Part shown: in pieces, positions 18,652-27,030 of the stretch
Numbering within the stretch: the first letter of the stretch is position 1
Layout of the letters: every line of letters begins with the position of its first letter
Assembly: GCA_964552395.1 (NCBI GenBank)
Contig: CAZKGM010000004.1
Span: 4,749 to 68,748 of the forward strand
Direction: 5' to 3'
Length of the DNA: 64,000 nucleotides
From: an uncultured Thermoanaerobaculia bacterium
GTDB lineage: Bacteria > Acidobacteriota > Thermoanaerobaculia > Thermoanaerobaculales > Sulfomarinibacteraceae
Notes under the pieces: model-generated
Told to the model about the DNA's origin: nothing
Seen by the model: the letters and a program-made list of their open reading frames with translations, nothing else
The model's database searches: none
Made by a program: the position numbers and the translations under genes

Positions 18652-18690
18652 TGTAAGAAAAAGGTGACTTTATGTCATGTTTTTCTTACA
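18652..18690. promoter_or_regulatory. 39-bp AT-rich nested palindrome upstream of the membrane-protein/XRE operon (candidate operator/promoter)
   Basis: TGTAAGAAAAA-GGTGACTTTATGTCATG-TTTTTCTTACA. The outer arms are a perfect 11-bp inverted repeat, and the centre contains TGAC..GTCA. It lies 46-84 nt upstream of ATG 18606 and is a striking AT island in GC-rich DNA. Confidence 0.55.
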
Positions 18691-18693
18691 GAC

Positions 18694-18739
18694 GAGCTCA
18701 AGAATGGGTCGAGAAGGGCGGAGCGGCGTGACTGGCATC
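18694..18739 (+). repeat. intergenic repeat element, copy I (right-arm fragment, variant 1)
   Basis: GAGCTCAAGAATGGGTCGAGAAGGGCGGAGCGGCGTGACTGGCATC matches the right arm of copy G (GAGCTCAGCGGGTTCAGGAATGCGTCGAGAAGGGCGGAATGGCGTGACTGGCACC). It is followed by a CCCTTTTCCCCTTTCTCC tract. Confidence 0.7.
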
Positions 18740-18896
18740 TACTCCCTTTTCCCCTTTCTCCAAACGCCTTCGGCTTGGAGATGGGCAACGCGCGCACGCT
18801 TGACGAACGCCCTCTAGTGACCGGCACGCTTTGTGAGGCCGGCAGGTGTGATGAGGCCCACGCGTGCTGACGGCGGGCGCCTGTAGACTCTCTGGG

Positions 18897-21176
18897 ATGG
18901 AACCACCGAGATCCTGGCGGACGGCGCTCATTCTTGCCGGACTCGTCGTGCTTGCTGCGCCGACGCTGCCGGCCCAGAGCGCGCGGCGCGCCGCGGCGAG
19001 GGTCAGGCCGGGTTCAGGGTGGTTGTCACGCGGCATCGGCGGTGGCGGGGCGCTCTACTCGCCGGCGATCAGCCCTCATGAGCCCGACGAGATCGTCATC
19101 GCCACCGACATGTCCGCGGTCTTCTGGAGCACCAGCTTCGGAGCTCGCTGGCGGGTCGTGCCGTTCGGCGAACTCCAGGGCGGCGTCTCCAGCGAAGTTC
19201 GCTTCACCGCCGACCGGGAGGTTCTTTACGCCATCAATTGTGCAGAGGATCTCCGGATCCCGGTCAGGAGCGACGACGGTGGACGAACCTGGGCACCCCT
19301 GGCGAGCGATCCCACCGACGGCGAGGCATACACCCTGTTCACCGATCCCGCCTCGAGCGACCGCCTGCTCGTCGCGGCCTACGACCGCCTCTACCTTTCG
19401 AACGACGGCGGCGCCAGCTTCACCGAGGTTCACCGCACCCCGGACGAGCATGTCGCCGGCGTCATCTGGAACGGTGACGACGTGTTCGTCGGCACTCGGG
19501 AGGGGCTCCTCTACTCCGTCGACGGCGGCGCCACGTTCACCCTCGCCGCGTCAGGCGGCATCCCGTCGGATGAGGAAATCGTCTCGTTCGCCGGGGCGAC
19601 GTCCGGCGGAACCGTCAGGTTGTACGCCGTCACTCTGAGCGCAGGAGACGTCTGGCCACTGATCACCGGCGGCGAGATGTGGGAGTACCGCGACGTCTAC
19701 CGCCTCGACTGGGGGCACGGCGGCTGGGTCGCCATCGGAAGCGGTCTGCCAGGGGGCGCCCATCCGTTCTTCGTTGCAGCTTCACCGGGTGACATCGATA
19801 CCGTGTACCTGGCGGGCGGGGATGTCGATACCTCCTTCCCCATCGTCTTCCGCTCCGGCGACGGCGGCGGCTCGTGGGTCAGCGTCTTCAGGACCTCGGA
19901 CAACGCCAACATCGCCACCGGCTGGAGCGGCAACGGCGGCGACCACGACTGGTGGTACGGCGAGTACGCCCTCGGCCTGGCGGTCGCGCCTACGGACCCA
20001 GACCGAGTCGTGCTCACCGATCTCGGGTTCGTCCACGTCAGCGACGATGGGGGGGTGACCTGGCGCCAGGCGTACGTGGACCGGTCCGGCGAGAACCCGG
20101 TCGGCGCCCCCACCCCGCGCGGCCGTGCCTACAGCGGCTCCGGACTCGAGGACACCAGCTCGTGGTGGCTCGAGTGGGCCGACCGCGATACCGTGGCCGC
20201 CGGCTTCTCGGACATCCACGGCATCGTCAGCACCGACGGCGGTCGCAGTTGGTCGGCCGGAGTGAGCCACGGCCTTCCTGACAACAGCACGTACTGCATC
20301 GTGGCCGACCGCGCGCGGGGGCTCCTGTACGCCGCCACCTCGTCGGTACACGACCTCTACCAGAGCACGCATCTCACCGACGACCGGATCGACAACGGCG
20401 TGGGCCGCGTCATGGTCTCGTCAGACCGCGGTGCGAACTGGCAGACCCTCCGCGACTTCGGCCTTCCGGTAGTCTGGCTGGCCCTCGATCCGGAAGACCC
20501 CGAGCGGCTCTACGCCAGCGTCGTCAACCGGACAGAGGGCGGGATCTGGACCACCGGCGAGCTTGGCCGGGGCCCCGCCGCCAAGTGGACGCGCCTCGCC
20601 CAGCCGCCTCGCACCGAGGGCCACCCGCTGGCTGTCCGCGTCCTGCCGGACGGCGCCCTTGCCGTCACTTACTCGGGGCGTCGCGACGCGGGCGGCGCCT
20701 TCACCACGAGCTCGGGCGTCTTCCTGAGCACCGACGGCGGCGCCAGCTGGGAAGACCGCTCCGACCCGGCCATGCTGCGCTGGACCAAAGACCTCGTCGT
20801 CGACCCCCACGACCCGAGCGGCGACACCTGGTACGTCGCCGTTTTCTCGCACTGGGGGAGCCCCCCGAACGAGGTCGGCGGTCTCTACCGCACCCGGGAT
20901 CGCGGCGCGACCTGGCAGCGGGTTGCCGAGCTGTACCGGGTCGAGTCATGCGCCATCGATCCTGTCGACCCCGAACGGCTCTTCCTCACCACCGAGACTC
21001 AGGGCATGTGGTCCACAACCAACCTGCGCGCCGCGACACCCCTGTTCACACCGGTCGCAGGCTACCCCTTCCGCCACCCCACCCGGGTCGTCTTCAACCC
21101 ATTCGACCCCGGGGAGGTGTGGGCCACCAGCTTCGGCAACGGTCTTCGCGTGAGCCGCGTGGGTGCCAGGCGTTAG
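18897..21176 (+). CDS. secreted BNR/Asp-box repeat protein (sortilin-Vps10 / GH74-like double beta-propeller)
   Basis: Track ORF 18864..21176. The likely start is ATG 18897 (MEPPRSWRTALILAGLVVLAAPTLPAQS). Nine S/T-x-D-x-G-x-(T/S)-(W/F) Asp-boxes: SDDGGRTW, SNDGGASF, SVDGGATF, SGDGGGSW, SDDGGVTW, STDGGRSW, SSDRGANW, STDGGASW, TRDRGATW. Confidence 0.85.
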   Translation: MEPPRSWRTALILAGLVVLAAPTLPAQSARRAAARVRPGSGWLSRGIGGGGALYSPAISPHEPDEIVIATDMSAVFWSTSFGARWRVVPFGELQGGVSSEVRFTADREVLYAINCAEDLRIPVRSDDGGRTWAPLASDPTDGEAYTLFTDPASSDRLLVAAYDRLYLSNDGGASFTEVHRTPDEHVAGVIWNGDDVFVGTREGLLYSVDGGATFTLAASGGIPSDEEIVSFAGATSGGTVRLYAVTLSAGDVWPLITGGEMWEYRDVYRLDWGHGGWVAIGSGLPGGAHPFFVAASPGDIDTVYLAGGDVDTSFPIVFRSGDGGGSWVSVFRTSDNANIATGWSGNGGDHDWWYGEYALGLAVAPTDPDRVVLTDLGFVHVSDDGGVTWRQAYVDRSGENPVGAPTPRGRAYSGSGLEDTSSWWLEWADRDTVAAGFSDIHGIVSTDGGRSWSAGVSHGLPDNSTYCIVADRARGLLYAATSSVHDLYQSTHLTDDRIDNGVGRVMVSSDRGANWQTLRDFGLPVVWLALDPEDPERLYASVVNRTEGGIWTTGELGRGPAAKWTRLAQPPRTEGHPLAVRVLPDGALAVTYSGRRDAGGAFTTSSGVFLSTDGGASWEDRSDPAMLRWTKDLVVDPHDPSGDTWYVAVFSHWGSPPNEVGGLYRTRDRGATWQRVAELYRVESCAIDPVDPERLFLTTETQGMWSTTNLRAATPLFTPVAGYPFRHPTRVVFNPFDPGEVWATSFGNGLRVSRVGARR

Positions 21177-21196
21177 GAAGCTGGGAGATCTTGACA

Positions 21197-21262
21197 GGCG
21201 CCTGGGGGGACACTTCTGACACTCTTGGTCGGCTTCCACCCACCACCCCTGCACCTCGAACA
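21197..21262 (+). repeat. intergenic repeat element, copy J (left arm; core replaced or diverged)
   Basis: GGCGCCTGGGGGGACACTTCTGACACTCTTGGTCGGCTTCCACCCACCACCCCTGCACCTCGAAC aligns with the left arms of copies D, G and L. Sequence to ~21333 may be a degenerate remainder. Confidence 0.55.
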
Positions 21263-21457
21263 GTCGTGCCGTACCGCTGGCCAAGCCGCTGCTGTGGTGT
21301 GGCGTGGGCAGTTGTCAGCATCACCCGTTTAGGTGACGCCATTCGATTCGCCTCAGCCTATCTTGATATTGCGCGATCTCCGTCGCACGCCACGAGCCCG
21401 TGGGGCCCGCGTCCGCGAGCTCCGGCACAGGCGAATCGACAGCAGGGGGGTGCACCG

Positions 21458-21670
21458 ATGGCGAGGTTCGATGACTGTATTCAGGCCGTCTTGGAGCCTG
21501 AGGGTGGTCTGGTTGACGACCCGGCCGATCCGGCTGCAAACTCCTGCCGGCCGGACCGACTGCTCCTCGAGGTGAGCCTCTATGTGGCGGCTCGCTACCG
21601 TGACATCGTCGAACGACGCCACGCATCGGAGAGCTTCCTCGCGGGTTGGTTGAATAGGGCGCACTCCTGA
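21458..21670 (+). pseudogene. truncated relic of a glycoside hydrolase family 108 (phage-type lysozyme) gene
   Basis: This is the 70-codon tail of the spurious track ORF 20585..21670. MARFDDCIQAVLEPEGGLVDDPADP.. matches the GH108 N-terminal signature (F..a...vL..EGGyvnDP.DPGG.T..GI), but the GG-T-x-x-GI continuation and the ~100 C-terminal residues are missing. Confidence 0.4.
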
Positions 21671-21798
21671 CCGGGACCGTCGATAAACCATTGCACCAAG
21701 ATTCGCGGAACGTCTGTCAGCGACGAAACCGGGGTCAAGCGCCGCGGTCTCGTGTCGACCGTGAGTGTCTGGAACCCGAACCGAGAGGAGGAGTCATC

Positions 21799-22041
21799 AT
21801 GGGCAGAGAGGTTACCGGCATCGTTATAGAGAAGGCCTACCATCCACCGCCGGGAGCTCCGGACAGGTACTGGTGTTATCTCATGATCGAGACGGAGGTC
21901 GGTGAAAGAACCAACGTGCGCCTGCACCAGAGCCTGCACAACAGGATCTCCATTGGGGACAAGGTCCGGTTCACCAAGCCGTGGCGGGAGAACAAGCGGG
22001 TACGTGATCTCGAGGTAGTTGAGAGGGCACGGCTCGAGTGA
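21799..22041 (+). CDS. small hypothetical protein (80 aa)
   Basis: GAGGAGGAG RBS 5 nt before ATG 21799. MGREVTGIVIEKAYHPPPGAPDRYWCYLMIETEVGERTNVRLHQSLHNRISIGDKVRFTKPWRENKRVRDLEVVERARLE. No family recognised. Confidence 0.55.
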   Translation: MGREVTGIVIEKAYHPPPGAPDRYWCYLMIETEVGERTNVRLHQSLHNRISIGDKVRFTKPWRENKRVRDLEVVERARLE

Positions 22042-22151
22042 CCGGCACCTTGTCCACGATGGCTTCCCGCCGCTATCGAGGCTGGCGTCAGGCATCTGAT
22101 AGACTCGGATTCAGAGATCGAGAAGCAGGGCAGTTGGGAACGGTGAGGCCG
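22038..22151 (+). repeat. intergenic repeat element, copy K (left and right arms, central core deleted)
   Basis: GTGACCGGCACCTTGTCCACGATGGCTTCCCGCCGCTATCGAGGCTGG resembles the left arm of copy E. GGATTCAGAGATCGAGAAGCAGGGCAGTTGGGAACGGTGAGGCCG resembles the right arm of copy G. The stop codon of the upstream small ORF lies in its first bases. Confidence 0.5.
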
Positions 22152-22248
22152 TCGTGTGTGGCGGCTCTGTGATCGAGTTGTCCCGCACGGGGCCGCGTGT
22201 GTAAGTATTTCCGGCTCTTCCGCGGGCGACGAGGCCGGGAGCAGACGA

Positions 22249-24675
22249 ATGAGCACGGCATCTGGGGGCACGACTCCAGCACAACCGGCGGGTTTCACGA
22301 TGGGGCCAAAGATCTGGCGTCTGATTCTCGACGCGGTCGGGGGTCCCGTGTTTCTCCACGACCTGCACTACCGCGTGATCCTGGCAAACGCGGCCTATTG
22401 CCGCGCAGCCGGCGTGAGCGAGGCGGACGCCCTGGGCAAACCCTACTGGGAGGTCTTTCCGCCGGGCGCGGGGCCGCGGCCCGGGTGCCGGGCTGCAACA
22501 CACGGGAAGGACCGTACCCCGAGCCCAGAGGACGTGCTCGTCGGGGAGAAGTACTTCTCCTCAGTGGACTACATGGTGCCCGACGACCAGGGGAGACCTC
22601 TCTACTTCTTGCATGTGCTCACCGACATCACCGAGCAGAGGCGGACCGAGGCCGCGCTGAGGGAGAGCGAGGCGCGCTTTCGCACCGTCATCGACACCGC
22701 GCAGGACGCCATCATCTCCCTCGATGGGGAATCCGACGTGATCACCGCCGCGAATCTGGCGTCCGAGAGGATCTTCGGCTACAGCAGGGAGGAGTTGATC
22801 GGGCAGAGCCTTCACGGCCTTCTCATGCCGGCCCGCTTTCTCGAGGCGAATGCGAAGGGTATGGCGGAATTCGCCAGGACAGGGGAAGGCGCGGCGGTCG
22901 GCAGGACCGTCGAGCTCGTCGCATTGCACAAGGACGGAACGGAGTTCCCCATCGAGCTCTCCCTCTCCGCCACGCACCTTCACGGAACGTGGTTCGCCAC
23001 CGGTATCGCGCGCGACATCAGCGAACGCAAGCGGGGGGAGGCCCTGCAAAGAGACCTGGCGGCGAAGTACAGTGCCATGTTCGAATCATCGTCCGACGCC
23101 ATCATGCTGCTCGACGACGACGTGTTGATCGACTGCAACGCGGCCGCCGTGCGGATGTTCGGCGGTTCCACATCCGACGACCTCACGGGCAGGCATCTCC
23201 TCGGGCTCTCGCCACCGGCCCAGCCGGGTGGCGGGGACTCCAGGAGCCTGGCGGAGAGGCTCATCGCCACGGCCCTTTCGAAGGGAAGCCTCCAGTTCGA
23301 GTGGCTGCATCGCCGGCTCGACGGCGCCGACTTCGTCGCCGATGTCCTGCTAACCGCCCTGGAGCTGGACGGCAAGCCGTTGCTGCAGGCCACGGTGCGC
23401 GACACCACCGAAGTCAGGCGATTGGCGTTGGAGTTGAAGGAAAGCGAGGAGCGTTACCGCAATATTACCGAGACGACGAGCGACTGGGCCTGGCAGACCG
23501 ATGAGAACGGCGCCTATGTCTATGTCAGCCACAAGATCATCGACGTCCTTGGTTACAGCCCGGAAGAGGTGTACGGAAAGACCCCCTTCGACCTGATGCC
23601 TGCGGAGGAGGCGGCGCGCGTGGGGGAGATCTTCAGTAACCTGGCCAGGTCAAAGTTGCCGTTCTCTTTTCGTGAGAACATCAACATTCACAAGGACGGC
23701 CATCCGGTCATTCTCGAGACCAGCGGAGTGCCGGTCCTTGGTGACGATGGAGAGCTTCGCGGCTATTTCGGGGTCGAACACGACATCACGCGGCGCAGAC
23801 AGCTGGAGGAAAAGGTCCGCGAAACGGAGGCCCAGTACAGGGTCATCTTCGAGCAGTCCGCGGACGTTACCTACCTCCTGGGCCGTGATGGGAAGTTCAC
23901 ATCACTGAGCCCTTCATTCGAGACTCTGACGGGCTGGCATCCCAAGGTGTGGGTCGGCAAGCCCTTCGCTCCCCTGATTCACCCGGACGACCTGCCGCGA
24001 GCCATGGAGATCTTCATGGAGGCTTGCTCCGGCAAGAGCTCACCGGACTTTGAACTGCGCGTAGCGAAGAAGTCCGGGGGCTACGTGGATGCCGAGCTCA
24101 GCATGGTACCGGTGGATATGAGCGACGGCACCGTCGTCATAGGGATTGCGCGGGACGTCAGCGCACGCAAGCGTGAGGAGGAGAGGATCCTCGTCCTTGC
24201 CACCACCGATGGACTCACGGGACTGAACAACCGACGCGAGCTCTCCGCCATCCTTGCCAAGGAGGTGGAGCGAACGGAGAGGTACGGCAGCCCTCTGTCT
24301 CTGATCATGTGCGACATCGACCACTTCAAGCAGGTCAACGATACGTTCGGCCATGAGGTGGGTGATCTGGTGCTCCGGGCTGTCAGCCAGCTGATGACAC
24401 AGAATACGCGTTTGCTGGACGTGGTAGCGAGATGGGGCGGGGAGGAGTTCATGGTTCTCCTGCCGCAATCGAATCTCGACGCTGCCTGCATTGTGGCGGA
24501 GAAGTTGCGCGCGTCGATCGCAGGGTTTCAGTTCGAGAAGATCGGTCACGTGACGCTGAGCCTTGGTGTGACCGGCTACACGCCGACGGATGACGTCGAG
24601 GCGATGCTGAAGCGGGTCGACGATGCGTTGTACAAGGCCAAGGACAACGGGAGAAACCGCGTCGAGATCGGATAG
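22249..24675 (+). CDS. multi-PAS sensor diguanylate cyclase (GGDEF domain)
   Basis: Track ORF 22156..24675; the start is uncertain (ATG 22249 or 22300). There are about five PAS/PAC modules (e.g. SEARFRTVIDTAQDAIISLD, SEERYRNITETTSDWAWQTD, TEAQYRVIFEQSADVTYLL). C-terminal GGDEF domain: TDGLTGLNNRREL..DIDHFKQVNDTFGHEVGD..RWGGEEF..ALYKAKDNGRNRV. Confidence 0.9.
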   Translation: MSTASGGTTPAQPAGFTMGPKIWRLILDAVGGPVFLHDLHYRVILANAAYCRAAGVSEADALGKPYWEVFPPGAGPRPGCRAATHGKDRTPSPEDVLVGEKYFSSVDYMVPDDQGRPLYFLHVLTDITEQRRTEAALRESEARFRTVIDTAQDAIISLDGESDVITAANLASERIFGYSREELIGQSLHGLLMPARFLEANAKGMAEFARTGEGAAVGRTVELVALHKDGTEFPIELSLSATHLHGTWFATGIARDISERKRGEALQRDLAAKYSAMFESSSDAIMLLDDDVLIDCNAAAVRMFGGSTSDDLTGRHLLGLSPPAQPGGGDSRSLAERLIATALSKGSLQFEWLHRRLDGADFVADVLLTALELDGKPLLQATVRDTTEVRRLALELKESEERYRNITETTSDWAWQTDENGAYVYVSHKIIDVLGYSPEEVYGKTPFDLMPAEEAARVGEIFSNLARSKLPFSFRENINIHKDGHPVILETSGVPVLGDDGELRGYFGVEHDITRRRQLEEKVRETEAQYRVIFEQSADVTYLLGRDGKFTSLSPSFETLTGWHPKVWVGKPFAPLIHPDDLPRAMEIFMEACSGKSSPDFELRVAKKSGGYVDAELSMVPVDMSDGTVVIGIARDVSARKREEERILVLATTDGLTGLNNRRELSAILAKEVERTERYGSPLSLIMCDIDHFKQVNDTFGHEVGDLVLRAVSQLMTQNTRLLDVVARWGGEEFMVLLPQSNLDAACIVAEKLRASIAGFQFEKIGHVTLSLGVTGYTPTDDVEAMLKRVDDALYKAKDNGRNRVEIG

Positions 24676-24678
24676 ACG

Positions 24679-24845
24679 GGTGCCGGGACCGACACTTGTG
24701 GCACTTTCGTCGCGCCGCCACCCACCATCACCTGACGTTGAGCCGCCGGGCCGAGCCGGAGCGTGCGGACGCGTATGAGGGGCTAGATCGAGAGCTCAGC
24801 GGGTTCAGGAAGGAGTGGGGGAGGGCGAACGAGGTGACGAGCCCC
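24679..24845 (+). repeat. intergenic repeat element, copy L (near-complete)
   Basis: GGTGCCGGGACCGACACTTGTGGCACTTT-CGTC-gcgccgccacccaccatcacct-GACG-TTGAGCCGCCGGGCCGAGCCGGAGCGTGCGGACGCGTATGAGGGGCTAGATCGAGAGCTCAGCGGGTTCAGGAAGGAGTGGGGGAGGGCGAACGAGGTGACGAGCCCC. It begins 4 nt after the GGDEF gene stop. Confidence 0.8.
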
Positions 24846-25092
24846 CTCTTGCTGGTAGCCGGTGTAACGGCTTGTCCGGGGCTCACCCGGGAGATCGTGG
24901 CCGGAGTCGGAGCGGCGATGGTGATCAGTGCAGCGATACTCCCTCGCCCGGAGAGAGGCTGAGCCACGTCGGGACGAGGCTGCGAGAATCAAGCTCATGG
25001 TGTGGGATTCTCCGACACGCCGCGGCTCTGCACGCCTTCGGTCGGTCAGGAGGGAGGCTCTGGGGAGAGCATGATCGGCCAGAACGTGCCGA

Positions 25093-25326
25093 TCATGAAC
25101 CCCGCTTTTCGGTGTGCCGGAACCTGGAGTCAGGACCCAGCTCGGCGATGCTTGGAGCCCCGTCCACGAGCAACCTCACGTCTGCGGCGTCTACCCGCGA
25201 CAGGCCGGCCACCCAACCCGTGATTGTGCCCCCTACGGCGGGGCTGGGTGGGTGTGCCGCGGCCGCCGCCAGCACCGAGGACAGTGCGATCGCGAGACCT
25301 ACCAGCACACGAGCTCCGGCACTCAT
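25093..25326 (-). CDS. small secreted protein or N-terminal remnant of a carboxypeptidase-regulatory-like-domain protein
   Basis: 77 aa. Signal peptide MSAGARVLVGLAIALSSVLAAAAA, then GGTITGWVAGLSRVDAADVRLLVDG (the beginning of a CarboxypepD_reg-like beta-sandwich), then an early stop. AGGAGG lies 12 nt upstream. Confidence 0.35.
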   Translation of the reverse strand: MSAGARVLVGLAIALSSVLAAAAAHPPSPAVGGTITGWVAGLSRVDAADVRLLVDGAPSIAELGPDSRFRHTEKRGS

Positions 25327-25492
25327 GTCTTGCCTTTTCCTCCTTCAACATCACAGCACGGCCACAGGGCTCGTCGCAACTTTATACGGGAAAGGCCGGA
25401 CGGCCGTTGTGCTGGGAGAGAGGCAGTCGATCCGTATTGAGCTCAACCCGCAGGTGTTCGTGGTCTGAGACAACCGTGGACTGTGCCGGCGA

Positions 25493-26569
25493 CTACCGTT
25501 CGCGCAGCAGGTCGAGGGTATGGGTGAGGAGCTCGGCGCCGCCGGGACGGCCGTGGCCGGGCACGATGAGGCGGGCGTGGCCGTAGCGCTTCTGCAGCGC
25601 CTCGATGGTGGCCGGCCAGCGTCCGAGGTCGGCCTCGGCGGTGTAGCCCAGTGTGGCGGCGGACGCCGAGCGGACCAGGCAGCCGCCGAACAGCACCTCG
25701 ACGTCCGGCAGCCAGACCACGATCGTGTCCTCGGTGTGCCCTGGACCCACGAAACGCAGCTCGAGCGACCTCCCGCCGAGCTCAATATCCAGCCGGTCGG
25801 TGAAGCGCACCTGCGGCGGCTCGGCGCCCCGCGCCTCGGCCAGCTCGGCAGTGCGCACCAGGCCGTACGAGCGGGCGCCGGCCCGGTGCGCCGCCCGCAG
25901 GCCGCCGGCGCAGTCCTGGTGGGAGTGGGTCACCACCACCGTGCTAACCCAGGCCCGCTGGTACTCCGCGATCCAGGCGATCAGGCGACGGGTTTGGTCG
26001 TCCGTCCAGGGAGTGTCGATCAGGGCCGCCTCGTGTCCTGCCACCACCACCAGGCCGTTTGCGGGCGTGTTCCCGTAGCTCTCCATGCGGTGGTACGACG
26101 TGTGCAGCCACACGCCTTCCGCAATCGGCTCGACGACCAGGTCGTCGTCGATCCTGACCGGCCCTGCTGGGACGGCGTCGCCGGCTGCTGCCTCGGGCGC
26201 CGGCTCCTCCTCGCCGGCCAGGGCGATGCGGCTCGGGTCGGTGGGGTCGTAGCGGACGGCCAAGGTGGCGCCGGGCTGAACCCTGGGGATGTCGAGGAGC
26301 GACACCAGGGCTTTCGTCTCGCCAACCCAGGGCGGACGACCCTCGGCCCGGACCTCGAGCCGAAGGCCGACCACCGGGTCGTCGTTGACCTTGACCCCCG
26401 TGTCCCAGATATCGAGTACTGTGCCGCGTGCCGGCAGACCGTGCGCTCGTACCTGGCGGTTGACGTCCTCGCCGGTCATCCGCTCCACCATGCCGGAGAA
26501 CGAGCAACCCAGCAGCACCACCAGCGCTGCGAAAATCCCGCTCGTCCAGACGTCTCGTCGCATGCTCAT
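25493..26569 (-). CDS. subclass B1 metallo-beta-lactamase-like lipoprotein with extra N-terminal domain
   Basis: 358 aa. Lipobox VVLLGC. A ~110-aa N-terminal beta-rich module comes first. The MBL fold follows with a full B1 zinc ligand set: VVTHSHQDCAGG (H116-x-H118-x-D120), GPGHTEDT (H196), FGGCLV (C221), VPGHG (H263). The local strings DTPWTDDQTRRLIAWI / VVTHSHQD / GPGHT.D / FGGCL closely parallel NDM-1 (DTAWTDDQTAQILNWI / VVTHAHQD / GPGHTSD / FGGCL), quoted from memory. Confidence 0.85.
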   Translation of the reverse strand: MSMRRDVWTSGIFAALVVLLGCSFSGMVERMTGEDVNRQVRAHGLPARGTVLDIWDTGVKVNDDPVVGLRLEVRAEGRPPWVGETKALVSLLDIPRVQPGATLAVRYDPTDPSRIALAGEEEPAPEAAAGDAVPAGPVRIDDDLVVEPIAEGVWLHTSYHRMESYGNTPANGLVVVAGHEAALIDTPWTDDQTRRLIAWIAEYQRAWVSTVVVTHSHQDCAGGLRAAHRAGARSYGLVRTAELAEARGAEPPQVRFTDRLDIELGGRSLELRFVGPGHTEDTIVVWLPDVEVLFGGCLVRSASAATLGYTAEADLGRWPATIEALQKRYGHARLIVPGHGRPGGAELLTHTLDLLRER

Positions 26570-26646
26570 GTGTGTACCGAGTCTATCCCAGACTTCCGGC
26601 CCGGGGGGATGGGGGACGGAGCCGGAGTGCCCGGGCGCTCGCGGCG

Positions 26647-26960
26647 TCAGACGCCGGCGGCGAGGAGGCGGGAGAGGGCCGCGATGAGGGCATCGGCGTC
26701 TGACCGTGCGTTGTAGAGGTGGAAGGAGACGCGGACGAGGCTGAGGCCGTCATGGAAGGTGATCGGGACCTCGACCCGGAAGCGCTCGAACAGCTCGGCG
26801 CGCAGCTTCTCCGGATCGCCCGGCGGCACACCTCGGCGACCGGGAAGATCAGGGCCGTGGTCGAGGTGACGTGCGACAGGGTGATGACCCTGGTGCGGGC
26901 GGTAGCCGCGGCGAGCACGCCGTCGGCGAGAAGGAAGAGCTCGCGCGCCAGTGGCGGATT
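26647..26960 (-). pseudogene. relic of a class-V aminotransferase / cysteine-desulfurase-like PLP enzyme (N-terminus lost, large internal deletion, frame change)
   Basis: One frame reads NPPLARELFLLADGVLAAATARTRVITLSHVTSTTALIFPVAEV, the class-V pattern ..T.rTrlv.lSHV.s.tG...Pv.ei. At ~26830 it switches to another frame reading PPGDPEKLRAELFERFRVEVPITFHDGLSLVRVSFHLYNARSDADALIAALSRLL, the typical C-terminus (R.S.h.YN...D.d.L...L). The ~170 residues carrying the PLP-lysine are absent, and a stop lies immediately upstream (26961..26963). Confidence 0.65.
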
Positions 26961-27030
26961 CTAGCTCGATCGGTTGAGCGACGGGGCGAGGCGGAGCATA
27001 CTCGGGTGCAGCTTCGAGGGAGGTGTGTCA

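Noticed and set aside
20585-21457. 361-aa track ORF overlapping the 3' half of the BNR-repeat gene.
   Set aside because: It is out of frame with a gene that has nine Asp-box motifs. Only its last 70 codons (21458..21670) show any family signal (GH108 fragment).
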